NCBI GenBank assembly: GCA_951406725.2
Contig: OX597815.1
Span: 90,334,001-90,398,000 of the forward strand
Reading direction: 5' to 3'
Source of the DNA: Octopus vulgaris
Taxonomy: Eukaryota
Length of the DNA: 64,000 nucleotides
The translations under genes were made by a program, and so were the position numbers. Below the pieces are notes generated by a model. It had not been told where the DNA came from, did not search any database, and was given only the letters and a program-made list of their open reading frames with translations. Shown here in pieces: positions 42,230-54,036 of this stretch; position 1 is the stretch's first letter, and each line of letters opens with the position of its first letter.

Positions 42230-42600
42230 TCATAACCATTTTGCCCACACATGGAAAACACATCCGTTGTGTTGCAATTCCCGTTTCCACTGACGATTGA
42301 GATCATATGCATTGCGAAGAGGGCTTGGTTTGTACTTAAATTTTCAAGCGCATATACAGATACTTGTGGGTATTACAGAGAATTCATTACCATCCAAACA
42401 TATCCTTCATCTTTGCCTCATACATCATGATATTTACCACAGTTTATTCTCACACGATTCAGTCAAATCTTCATAACCACCAAAAATTCAATCATCCACT
42501 GGTCATTCGACAAACTAAATTTACTACAAAATCACCACTTGTAATATTTTTCTTCTGCTGTAATAACGATTCACATCTAAGTTGCTTTATATGACTTGAC
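42230..42600 (-). mobile_element. Possible decayed I/Nimb-clade LINE ORF1 remnant
   Basis: Relic peptides KNITSGDFVV, YKPSPLR and NCNTTDVFSMCGQNG resemble the KKLRSGDLL / YxPNPLRC / CCHC knuckle pattern; frameshifted. Confidence 0.3.
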
Positions 42601-43019
42601 CTTAAATTGGAAAGAGCTGTAACTAAATACACTTGCACCCTGGCCGGCAACGATTCTGCACTAGAAAGTCTATGCTTTTTGTGTTTATTTTCGTTTAGCT
42701 TACATTTATGTCGAAATGGATTTATTGAATACTGAAAGTTAGTTTCTTATTAGTATTGAAAGTTTCTTTATTGAGGATACAATTTTATATACTTAACGGA
42801 ACATATATATTGACGATAATTATTTATCTATCGATATTTTTTATAATGGCTGTAATAGAAATTACCAAAGAATTTCCATCTTGATTTTTTTTTAATGGCA
42901 ATCCAATACTAATTATATATTAAGTCACTTTCCTTAGTAACTTATTTTGAATCTGTTACAAGTGACTTTCATCAACTTGCATACTCTCACACACACACAC
43001 ATTCTTATATGTACATATG

Positions 43020-43050
<31 letters not shown>

Positions 43051-43089
43051 GAACACGCATTTATATATCTATGTCTATCTAGCTATATA

Positions 43090-43952
43090 CGAGGGGGTAC
43101 CCAAAAGTAACCGGAACTGTTCTCTGTTGCACAAGCCCGTTGTAGTGCAGGCTTCCGCCGCTAAAAGTCACTTGATTCCACCCTCGAGCACCAGTCTGTC
43201 GACCGGCATTGTTAAGTGGATCAACTGCCATGTGGTGTGACATTGTTATGCAGTACTTCTGCTCTGTTCCGTGAAATTATTTTTTCCGCTGGGGAAAACG
43301 GAGGCCGAAACAGCTGTTATGCTTCAAAAAAGCTTACAAGGACGCTGCCATGAGCAACACACAAGTTTACGAGTAGTTTCCACGCTTTAGGAACGGTCAC
43401 TTGTTGCTTGACGACCAGCCTAGTTTAGGGCGACTATCAAACACCCGAACGAATGAAAACATCATGAAAATTCAAGAACTGTTCTTCGAGGACCGCCACC
43501 GAACAAGTGACGGACTTTTTGATATAACTAATGTCTCCTGGAGTATCTGCCAACGGATCTTGAGTGGGGAATTTCCAATGAAAGGAGTTGCAGCAAAATG
43601 TGTGCCTCACTTGCTCACGGAATATCAAAAGCAGTCACGACTGAATGCGTGTCGTGAACTGAAGAAAACAGTTGGAAGTTGATCCTGACCTTTTGTTGAA
43701 GGTCACCACAGGAGACGAAAGCCCGTGCTACGGAATTTGAAGATGGGGAAGAGGTGAAGAAAGAAAACGACGGAGGCGTTACAAGGCATCACTTCGTGAG
43801 TGTTCCAGCACTACATCAAACATTGGAAAGCGTATCTGAATCGATGCATTGCTTTAAATGGAGATTACTCTGAGGGCCATAAATGTGTACACATAAAACT
43901 AAGTGAATAAAATAATATTGCGAAAACTCTGTTTCTTTTGGGTACACCCTCG
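43090..43952 (+). mobile_element. Internally deleted mariner element with both TIRs
   Basis: TA|CGAGGGGGTACCCAAAAG ... CTTTTGGGTACACCCTCG|TA; relic transposase DQPSLGRLS, AKCVPHLLT, VTTGDES; the middle of the catalytic domain is missing. Confidence 0.92.
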
Positions 43953-44029
43953 TATATGTGTATGTGCGCTTATGCGTGTAAGTATACAGGTACACTCACA
44001 TTTATATAGATGCGTATTTTTATATTTGT

Positions 44030-44112
44030 GTGTATATGTTGTGTATGTATGTATGTATGTATGTATGTATGTATGTATGTATGTATGTATGTATGTATGC
44101 ATGTATGTATGC
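44030..44112. repeat. (TATG)n microsatellite
   Basis: Direct sequence. Confidence 0.95.
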
Positions 44113-44282
44113 GAGTGCAGAAATCAGTGTGTGTGTACATTTGTACATTAATTTAGCAACAATTTTCATATTGTTTTTTTTTTTTACTTTGGTCCATGGT
44201 GTATGTTATAATGCATTTTTTCCAAATTAAATCGGCGTGAGGATGGAGAAGTTTAAGCTTCTTACATCTCTGAAGATTTCAG

Positions 44283-44318
<36 letters not shown>

Positions 44319-44800
44319 ACACGCGAAACACACATATACATGATCACACGCACGTACAAAATATTCTATTTTAGTATGGCAAATATAAGAGAAAAAATGA
44401 GTGAATATGTGTTTATTTCCTTTTGTTCTTTAGGTGAGCTTATTTGAAACAAAGATAAATTTAAATAAACATATTTAACTTCCATAATTTATTTCCGCAT
44501 TCTACGCTGTTTTCTGAAAGGTGAACTTATATTTTTTGTGCCGTGTTCGTGTAACTTCACTGTTGCTGCTATGGTAGCAGATAATTGTTCTTTACTAAAT
44601 TTTTCAGATAGTCATACATTCGTATCAAAATTCTACAGGTGAGCAACGGACAATTATTTTTCTTTATACCGCTAACATTTTTTTTTCTTTTTTAAGATGA
44701 AACGTTATTTGAATTCGTCTAGGCAGTTCTTCGTTGAGGCTTCTGGAGTTGGCAAGCGTAATCCGCATACTTATCTAATGTAATGTCTATAAATTTGAAA

Positions 44801-44993
44801 GGCGGCGAGCTGACAGAAACGTTAACACGTTTTTACGTACTTTACGTTCTGAGTTCAAAGTTCGCCGATGTCAACTTTGCCTTTCATCCTTTCGGAGTCC
44901 ATAAATTAAGTATCAGTTGCGCACTGGAGTCGATCTAATCTATTTGCTCCCTCACCTAAAATTTCGAGCCTTGTGCCTAGAGTAGAAAAGAAT
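44801..44993 (+). mobile_element. SINE family A, first of a tandem pair
   Basis: ggcggcgagctgacagaaacgttaacacg...ccttgtgcctagagtagaaaagaat. Confidence 0.9.
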
Positions 44994-45009
44994 ATCCATA
45001 AATTTGAAA

Positions 45010-45223
45010 GGCGGCGAGCCGGCAGAAACGTTAGCACGCCGGGCGATATACTTAGCTGTGTTTCATCTGTCTTTATGTTGAGTTCAAATTCTGCCGAGGT
45101 CGACTTTGCCTTTCATCCTTTCGGAGTAGATAAACTAATTACCAGCTGCATACTGGGGTCGATCTAATCGACTGGTCCCCTCCCCCAAAATTTCGGGTCT
45201 TGTGCCTAGTATAGAAAATAATA
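45010..45223 (+). mobile_element. SINE family A, full length, second of the tandem pair
   Basis: ggcggcgagccggcagaaacgttagcacgccgggcg...gagttcaaattc...gtcgactttgcctttcatcctttcgg...cttgtgcctagtatagaaaataat. Confidence 0.92.
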
Positions 45224-46193
45224 TCCATAAATTTGAGAATGTGTATTTTAGATATGGAAACAAATGTGTCTGTTCGTGTTACACGAAATTCATTGCCAGT
45301 GCTATCTTGCAACAACTCACTTCCCAAATGACGACTGAATAAATGCTATGAAACTAGATATTTGAATCTGTATTTCGGAAACTGATACCAACAGTAGCTA
45401 GAAACTGAACTGTATCAACTTGAGACTGCTTTATTGTCAAACAAATAAATAATGTATGTGCACGTATATATCTATGTATCTGTGTATTTATGTAATTAGG
45501 TTTTCAACGATGCGGAGTTGCCTAAATATAAACGATAGAAATTTGTGAATATTCTCTTCAGAAATTTGTATTCTGCAACAGAGTATTATGCTAGTGCAGA
45601 ATGGGACGCATTTCGTAAGTTGTTGAAAGAGTAAGAATTACCAGGGATCTAACCACACATTTAGTTTTCCTCATATATATCATATAAAAGAACGGTTCTT
45701 ATGGATGAAGTAGGTGAATAAGCAAATGGAGACCATTAATGGTAGTTTAGAGGTCCCTCCTACATGAAAAAATGTAGTGGTACAAGTATATTTAACACGA
45801 ATATCATTAAAAAGTTAACTAAAAAGCAGGAAGCATTTAAAAACTAGCTAGAAAAACCGTGCACTTAGAAAATACAAAATAAGTCAAAGATTAATATAAT
45901 TTTCATTTTGTTGTGAAGTACAGGCCACAGACTCAGAGTTTTTCGCTTTTATTTATCGAAGCATACCTCTCAACGTAATTGACAAATAAGAGATTAATAA
46001 CTCAAATGCAAAATTCTATATTGATTATGCAATGGAAAATAGACATTCCCTGAGAATAAATAAATCATACACGTTATCGGTTTTAGTGTAGGCTGCGTGT
46101 ATATATTCTTTAATACTTTCACGACAGTACAGACTAATGGTATAATAAATAAGACTTCAATATGTATATGTGGGTGTCTGTGTGCGTGTGCAT

Positions 46194-46194
<1 letters not shown>

Positions 46195-46291
<97 letters not shown>

Positions 46292-46345
46292 TTATACGTA
46301 TATATGTGTATGTACGTACGTATGTGTGTGTGTATATGTATGTAT
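46195..46345. repeat. (TC)n(TA)n(TG)n compound microsatellite
   Basis: Direct sequence. Confidence 0.95.
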
Positions 46346-46969
46346 AATTAAATCAGAAAACCATTAGACGTGATACTTTTTCAAGAATTCTAATACAATG
46401 CTAATCTCACAATTAGGTGAGACATGACGTAGTTAGCCTACAGGGTTCTCTTTTTCTGTACAATGGAACATATTAACGTGTTATTCATATATGAACACAG
46501 GACGTCGGTACTGATAAATACATATTAAATATTTCACTCGATGGCTTAAGCAAGCAACTAAATACACGAGTCAATATGTATGGGTGAATGTCTGAATGTG
46601 TACGCGATGTGTATTTGTACTTTGCATCTACATAACATTATATATTTTCGAAACTGCAACATAAAATTCACACATTATTTTCACAGCATTATCGACTAAA
46701 ATTAATATCCACCTGCATACGTGCGTGAAACGATGATATCTATTTCAAGTTTTATCTACTAAAATTAAATACAGTTAGTGTAGCTTGTCAGCATTTCTAT
46801 GCGTATTTAACACTGTCTTATTTACATATAAAGCCAAACGAATGCACAAATCATTTTTCTTTGAGCGTCTTTGTGTCTACATGTAATTCTCCACAATACA
46901 TTCACGCACACAAACACACAAACACACACACATACACACAAACGCACGCACACAAATCTCTCTCTCTCT

Positions 46970-47016
<47 letters not shown>

Positions 47017-47313
47017 GTGTGAGAGAGTGTGTGTTTGTGTCTGTGTCTGTGTTTTATGTATATACGCAAATATTACAATGTCTGTTTTATAGTTCTCTAG
47101 CAAAATGTGTTAAACATTAAAACGGTGTATGTCTCAATAATTTTCTGTTAAGTAATATACATATTCTATTTTTACGACGAAATATATATATGGAAATACA
47201 CACAGACACACACATATGCACGAGTAAACGCATAAATGCAAAACAAAGTAGAAAAATAGTACTCGAAAACTGAAGGTAGAATAATAATGCTTTTTTTTTA
47301 AAGCTACAAAAGC

Positions 47314-47368
47314 ATCACAAAAACTGTTAGTCAGAGTTTCACGTTCCCGTTCATCCGACAGTTGTGAT
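47314..47368 (-). ncRNA. Degenerate minimal type I hammerhead ribozyme, probably a PLE relic
   Basis: Minus: AACTGT | CGGATGA | ACG-ggaa-CGT | GAAA | CTCTGAC | TA | ACAGTT; U4>G in the core and a broken stem III. Confidence 0.55.
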
Positions 47369-48089
47369 CAAGACTGGAATAAAATCCTAGCCCACTTCCG
47401 CTGTTTACAGCAGTGATTCGAAGGAATGAGTGCAGCGTGTGATCGTCGCATTGACCATGACAGAGAAAATTGAGCAGAGAATCTACATCAAATTTTGCCA
47501 AAAGCTTGGTGATACCTACTCAGAAGGCCTAAACAAAGGTTTCAAAAAGATTTTATAGTTCTCGAAATAATCAAGGAGATCTTGTACGACTGATTTGCGA
47601 GTGATTTTTGGGTGAGATGAAAACAGTTTTGGCACAAACTTGGCAGATACATGTCTCATACCCAAATCTCCGGTGATAATGGACTGAACTGAAACGTAAC
47701 ATTCTCTGATAACTCACGGACGGTGATTCGACGATTTCCCCTCACAGCTGCACGCACATCTACGATATTTTTGTCAATTCTGCTGATAGCGGATCCCCCA
47801 AAACGATCGACATTTTTTCGGCCATCTTGGAAACGTCTGAACCACTCGTACCCTTGTGTGCGGCTGATACACTCCTCTCCATACACTTTCTGCAACTTAG
47901 AGTAGGCCTCTGAGTAGTTATCGCCAGTACGACTTTCTCTGTCGTGGTCAATACGACGATCACATGTTCCACACCTTTCCAAGCTGTGTTGTAAGCAACG
48001 GAATTGAGCTAGAACGTTAAAAACTTAGCATGCATGTACAGCTTTTTGTTACTAGGGTAACAGCCCGAATACTTATTGATCAGCCCGCG
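47369..48089 (-). mobile_element. Mariner derivative carrying two inverted 5' ends
   Basis: Minus ORF 47656..47982 (KLQKVYGEECISRTQGYEWFRRFQDGR...NRRITVREL); TIR ...ttgatcagcccgcg|ta; a diverged copy of the same 5' region (MTEKIEQRIYIKFCQKLG) on + at about 47430-47535. Confidence 0.85.
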
Positions 48090-48171
48090 TATACATATTG
48101 TCAAATACGTGCACTAACACATGCAGACACACATACATATATGAACAAACGCTAGGACATATACTTACACA

Positions 48172-49097
48172 CAGGGGTTGGACAAAATAATGAAAACCCT
48201 TTAAAATTTCAAACAGACTTATTTTAACATGTGGTAGGGCCGACTTTGGCAGTAATTACAGCTTAAATTCTACGAGGTATGGACTTGTACAAGGTTTGGA
48301 TTGTTTCCAAAGGAATTTTTGTCCATTTCTCCGTTAAAACCTTCTCCAGTTCTTGTAGTGATGATGGTGGAGGTTATCGACTCCTTACTTGATTTCTTTT
48401 TCTAATATGCACCATAAATGTTCCTTAATATTGAGGTCTGGGTAAAGGATGACTCGTCCGAGAAAATCACATGCTTCTACTGCTCTTGGGACCAATTCTA
48501 TAGGTTTTGACTCCAATCTAAACGCTTTGCAACGTTTGTTTTTGAAAGTAGTGGTTTTCTGATTGCAGCCCTCCCGTGAAATGCGGCTTTGTGCAGCTCC
48601 CGGCGAACAGCTTTTGTAGAAGCTGGGTTCCGGAGATGGTCATTAAGCACTGCAGTAATTTTGGGAGCTGTAGTTTTGTGATCCTTTCTAACAAGTCGCG
48701 TAAGAGTCCGACCATCCTTATCTGACAGTTTTGGTTTTCTTCTGGAGTTTTGATTCGACGAGGAGGTTTTTCCCTCTTCCTCAAAAATTGTCGTTACTTT
48801 TGCGTCAGTACTTCTTGATACACCAAACATTTTGGCTGTGTTGGTTACGCTAGCGCCTGCTGTACGAGCACCAGCAATTTGACTTTTTTTAAAGTCCGAT
48901 AGATATGTCATTTTGATGAATTTTAATTACCTTTTTCTGATAATATCTGAAACGAAAGAGCAATTTTAGCAAAACATATTAAGCAGCACAAATAATAAAT
49001 CAAAAACAAAAATAAACAAGCTTTTGACGGTTTAATAGATATTTCAAAATTATGATGCTTTGATGCTAGGTGTTTCCATTATTTTGTCCTACACCTG
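48172..49097 (-). mobile_element. Tc1-like element, internally deleted, both TIRs present
   Basis: CAGGGGTTGGACAAAATAATGAAAAC ... GTTTCCATTATTTTGTCCTACACCTG|TA; ORF 48498..48911 is the paired HTH region (RKPKLS, RKPLLS); VIFSDESS follows out of frame. Confidence 0.92.
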
Positions 49098-49484
49098 TAT
49101 GTCTGTTCCTGCGTTAGTCGCTATGTTCGTAATGCCACTTATGAACGAAACCCCCATATATATGCGCTGAAGAAGTAAAGGTTATTGATGGCTTCATTGG
49201 GCTGTTTTTACTACACCAACTAATCCATAATTTCGCGGAACTCGCTGCAAGACTAATCTGAGACGAAATCTGTTAACTATGTATTGCAGTATATCGCTTC
49301 GGAAAGGATTATGCATTCTTTAGATATTTTAATCTCTCTTCTTTTTTCAGAACTATTGTCTACACCTTCTTCACCATAAACTATACGGTGTATTCCGCGT
49401 AAAGGAGACATTTGGCATAAAAAGAAAAGAAAACACAATATCAACTCCAAAATTGAATGTATTTTAAAAATTCGAAAAATAACA

Positions 49485-49940
49485 ACTATATTATTGACAG
49501 CAGCTATCCGCCATGGCTTCAAGGCGGCTCCGAAAGCTGGCACATACTTTCATCACTGAGTCCTTGGAAAGGTCTTTGAAAACAACCTTGAACACAGCCA
49601 GCAACTTGGCCTTGGTTTTGTATGCAGATTGGTTGGTGTCTTTCCCAGCCTTGCCCCATACATAGCAATCCATGGGGTTACAATTGGGGGAATTAGGAGG
49701 CCAGAAATTGGGGCTGGCGAAGTCGTAGAAATTCTTCGATAAAAACTTTCGCCTCGTTCTAGTGGCAGGAAAAATGAATGCTCCTGCCACACATATGGCC
49801 ATCCAAAGCAGTCCTCTCTAAGCTAGATTTAACTACCGTTGAACACAAGGTCATGTCCAAATATGTAGGGCAGCATGACATTACCCTCAGTGTTTGGGAG
49901 AACTTGGTTTTCATGATATGTGGAATATCACATGTAATCT
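49485..49940 (-). mobile_element. Tc1/mariner (maT/DD37D-like) transposase C-terminal fragment
   Basis: FWPPNSPNCNPMDCYVWG...CASFRSRLEAM (ORF 49491..49802), i.e. the SPDLNP.D motif region. Confidence 0.8.
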
Positions 49941-50625
49941 GACCTTGTACTAACTTTATTGATTTGTAAACTACAACGGAGTATAGTAGCTACAATCCCA
50001 GCACAGACATGAAATAAAATAAGTTATACTTTGCACAAATGAGGCTCTCAAACAAATTGTAGAGGACAATGAATTACTAAATCAAAGAAATTAAAATATA
50101 ACCTCCTGCTGACAAAGAGTTTTCTGATGATGTAGTTCGATACGAGTTCTTCCAAATAAAGGGAACAGTAAAACGCAAAGAGCAAGGCATGCAATAGCAT
50201 ATGATATTCCCTTATTTAATTAGTTCCAGCTTTACGAAAGTTTGCGCAATGAGGAGCATTTCCGTCTGTGGTAATTTACTTCAGCGGAAGGTCTAGCTAC
50301 GTCTGTATGTACATGAACGTGTGAACTATTGTTGCAAATGCTTATAACACTTTAATTAACGATAACATGATACCGCTAAACAACATGGGTTGTCGATATT
50401 GTTTCTGTTAATTATGTTAAAGAAAGTATCTGTGTACTTGTATGTATTAGGTCGGAGCATAATTATTGTGACTTTTTTCAACAAAATTTATTCAACAAAA
50501 ACAATAATATTTAACAAAAGTATCTTTAAATGACGGTCTGGCTGTCTATCAAGCAAATGGGAATCCGTAATTGAAGTAGATTGTGAATAAGCTCCGGAAT
50601 AATCATTTAATCCATATACATATTT

Positions 50626-50735
50626 TTAGTCATTTGAATGTGGTCCTGCTGGAAAGCACCTTGAAGGATTCTAGTGGACCAAATCGACCCTAGGATTTGT
50701 TTATTATATCGGTCACTAATGAAGAGCGGCTAAGT
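50626..50735 (-). mobile_element. 3' fragment of SINE family B
   Basis: tagtcatttgaatgtggtcctgctgga...ccttgaagg...aaatcgaccctagga. Confidence 0.55.
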
Positions 50736-50975
50736 CTTAAAATATAGTGATATTTTAAAGTCATTTCATACGTCCATCTCAGCTTTGCGTAATATATGTA
50801 AAAGAAATACAAGGTATAGCTTCTGTATTACAACCTATACGAGTCGATATCAGTACAAACTAACCAGTCTAAACTTATGCGAATAATCTTAAGACGATCT
50901 GGAATAGTTTATTACATTTCACTGGAGACGAAAATATTGGTACATTGCACCACTTCTTATTGTAACACGGAATAC

Positions 50976-51060
<85 letters not shown>

Positions 51061-51078
51061 CGTATGTCTGTTTTATAC

Positions 51079-51130
<52 letters not shown>

Positions 51131-51131
51131 T
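50976..51131. repeat. (CTAT)n and (TA)n microsatellites flanking the array on the left
   Basis: Direct sequence. Confidence 0.95.
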
Positions 51132-51274
51132 AAATATAAGAGAGTGGTCACTATATTGATCACTCTAGCACCAGTTAATCCAAAAGGTTTCAACCACGAA
51201 AATACATGTTTCCCATGAAAGCCAGTACGACTGTTAGCTCACACGGACAGGGCAAATAAAAAATAACAAAAATA

Positions 51275-51368
51275 CAGATTATTTTGGGACAATTGTTTCG
51301 CTATTAATGAATTAAATGTAATATTACTTACAATAATCCATTTGTAGCTCGTCAGCCAAGACTATCTG
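51275..51368 (-). ncRNA. Type I hammerhead ribozyme, unit 1
   Basis: Minus: cagatagtcTTGG | CTGACGA | GCTA..41 nt..TAGC | GAAA | CAATTG | TC^ | CCAAaataatctg; predicted cleavage between 51288 and 51287. Confidence 0.88.
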
Positions 51369-51806
51369 GATGAAATCCACTCAATCACACGCCAGATTTT
51401 ACCATAACGATAAATACGCGTGTGGTTCAATTGATTACATCCGACGTTATAATTCAAATGCCCCAACCAACAGCGCGCCAAACTCTCACGGAAAACAAAT
51501 ACAGCATTTAGAAATAAATGCAGCATAATTATAATTAATTAATAAGGGTGAGAGAATTAGATACTAATTTAATAGTATATTTATTCCACACCAAGTGGCC
51601 TAGTGCTACGAGAAACCTGGATTATTATAATATTTTATAACATATTATAATATTTTCACAAAATAAATATAAGAGAGTGGTCACTATATTGATCACTCTA
51701 GCACCAGTTAATCCAAAAGGTTTCAACCACGAAAATACATGTTTCCCATGAAAGCCAGTACGACTGTTAGCTCACACGGACAGGGCAAATAAAAAATAAC
51801 AAAATA

Positions 51807-51900
51807 CAGATTATTTTGGGACAATTGTTTCGCTATTAATGAATTAAATGTAATATTACTTACAATAATCCATTTGTAGCTCGTCAGCCAAGACTATCTG
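51807..51900 (-). ncRNA. Type I hammerhead ribozyme, unit 2
   Basis: Same sequence as the unit 1 motif. Confidence 0.88.
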
Positions 51901-52339
51901 GATGAAATCCACTCAATCACACGCCAGATTTTACCATAACGATAAATACGCGTGTGGTTCAATTGATTACATCCGACGTTATAATTCAAATGCCCCAACC
52001 AACAGCGCGCCAAACTCTCACGGAAAACAAATACAGCATTTAGAAATAAATGCAGCATAATTATAATTAATTAATAAGGGTGAGAGAATTAGATACTAAT
52101 TTAATAGTATATTTATTCCACACCAAGTGGCCTAGTGCTACGAGAAACCTGGATTATAATAATATTTTATAACATATTATAATATTTTCACAAAATAAAT
52201 ATAAGAGAGTGGTCACTATATTGATCACTCTAGCACCAGTTAATCCAAAAGGTTTCAACCACGAAAATACATGTTTCCCATGAAAGCCAGTACGACTGTT
52301 AGCTCACACGGACAGGGCAAATAAAAAATAACAAAAATA

Positions 52340-52433
52340 CAGATTATTTTGGGACAATTGTTTCGCTATTAATGAATTAAATGTAATATTACTTACAATA
52401 ATCCATTTGTAGCTCGTCAGCCAAGACTATCTG
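52340..52433 (-). ncRNA. Type I hammerhead ribozyme, unit 3
   Basis: Same sequence as the unit 1 motif. Confidence 0.88.
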
Positions 52434-52872
52434 GATGAAATCCACTCAATCACACGCCAGATTTTACCATAACGATAAATACGCGTGTGGTTCAATTGAT
52501 TACATCCGACGTTATAATTCAAATGCCCCAACCAACAGCGCGCCAAACTCTCACGGAAAACAAATACAGCATTTAGAAATAAATGCAGCATAATTATAAT
52601 TAATTAATAAGGGTGAGAGAATTAGATACTAATTTAATAGTATATTTATTCCACACCAAGTGGCCTAGTGCTACGAGAAACCTGGATTATAATAATATTT
52701 TATAACATATTATAATATTTTCACAAAATAAATATAAGAGAGTGGTCACTATATTGATCACTCTAGCACCAGTTAATCCAAAAGGTTTCAACCACGAAAA
52801 TACATGTTTCCCATGAAAGCCAGTACGACTGTTAGCTCACACGGACAGGGCAAATAAAAAATAACAAAAATA

Positions 52873-52966
52873 CAGATTATTTTGGGACAATTGTTTCGCT
52901 ATTAATGAATTAAATGTAATATTACTTACAATAATCCATTTGTAGCTCGTCAGCCAAGACTATCTG
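52873..52966 (-). ncRNA. Type I hammerhead ribozyme, unit 4
   Basis: Same sequence as the unit 1 motif. Confidence 0.88.
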
Positions 52967-53405
52967 GATGAAATCCACTCAATCACACGCCAGATTTTAC
53001 CATAACGATAAATACGCGTGTGGTTCAATTGATTACATCCGACGTTATAATTCAAATGCCCCAACCAACAGCGCGCCAAACTCTCACGGAAAACAAATAC
53101 AGCATTTAGAAATAAATGCAGCATAATTATAATTAATTAATAAGGGTGAGAGAATTAGATACTAATTTAATAGTATATTTATTCCACACCAAGTGGCCTA
53201 GTGCTACGAGAAACCTGGATTATTATAATATTTTATAACATATTATAATATTTTCACAAAATAAATATAAGAGAGTGGTCACTATATTGATCACTCTAGC
53301 ACCAGTTAATCCAAAAGGTTTCAACCACGAAAATACATGTTTCCCATGAAAGCCAGTACGACTGTTAGCTCACACGGACAGGGCAAATAAAAAATAACAA
53401 AAATA

Positions 53406-53499
53406 CAGATTATTTTGGGACAATTGTTTCGCTATTAATGAATTAAATGTAATATTACTTACAATAATCCATTTGTAGCTTGTCAGCCAAGACTATCTG
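53406..53499 (-). ncRNA. Type I hammerhead ribozyme, unit 5, core mutant G8A (likely inactive)
   Basis: C>T at 53481 turns CUGACGA into CUGACAA. Confidence 0.8.
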
Positions 53500-54032
53500 G
53501 ATGAAATCCACTCAATCACACGCCAGATTTTACCATAACGATAAATACGCGTGTGGTTCAATTGATTACATCCGACGTTATAATTCAAATGCCCCAACCA
53601 ACAGCGCGCCAAACTCTCACGGAAAACAAATACAGCATTTAGAAATAAATGCAGCATAATTATAATTAATTAATAAGAGTGAGAGAATTAGATACTAATT
53701 TAATAGTATATTTATTCCACACCAAGTGGCCTAGTGCTACGAGAAACCTGGATTATTATAATATTTTATAACATATTATAATATTTTCACAAAATGTGAG
53801 CTAACAGTCGTACTGGCTTTCATGGGAAACATGTATTTTCGTGGTTGAAACCTTTTGGATTAACTGGTGCTAGAGTGATCAATATAGTGACCACTCTCTT
53901 ATATTTATTTTGTGAAAATATTATAATATGTTATAAAATATTATAATAATCCAGGTTTCTCGTAGCACTAGGCCACTTGGTGTGGAATAAATATACTATT
54001 AAATTAGTATCTAATTCTCTCACCCTTATTAA

Positions 54033-54036
<4 letters not shown>

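Noticed and set aside
44430-44765. Plus-strand splice-like signals (31-nt exon, 59-nt intron with GCTAAC)
   Set aside because: The joined frames hit stops immediately and the intron is very short; probably chance in T-rich DNA.
51132-53795. Tandem array as a CRISPR array, or as a 5S/snRNA/tRNA gene cluster
   Set aside because: Whole 533-bp units repeat with no unique spacers, the context is eukaryotic, and no 5S, snRNA or tRNA sequence is recognisable.
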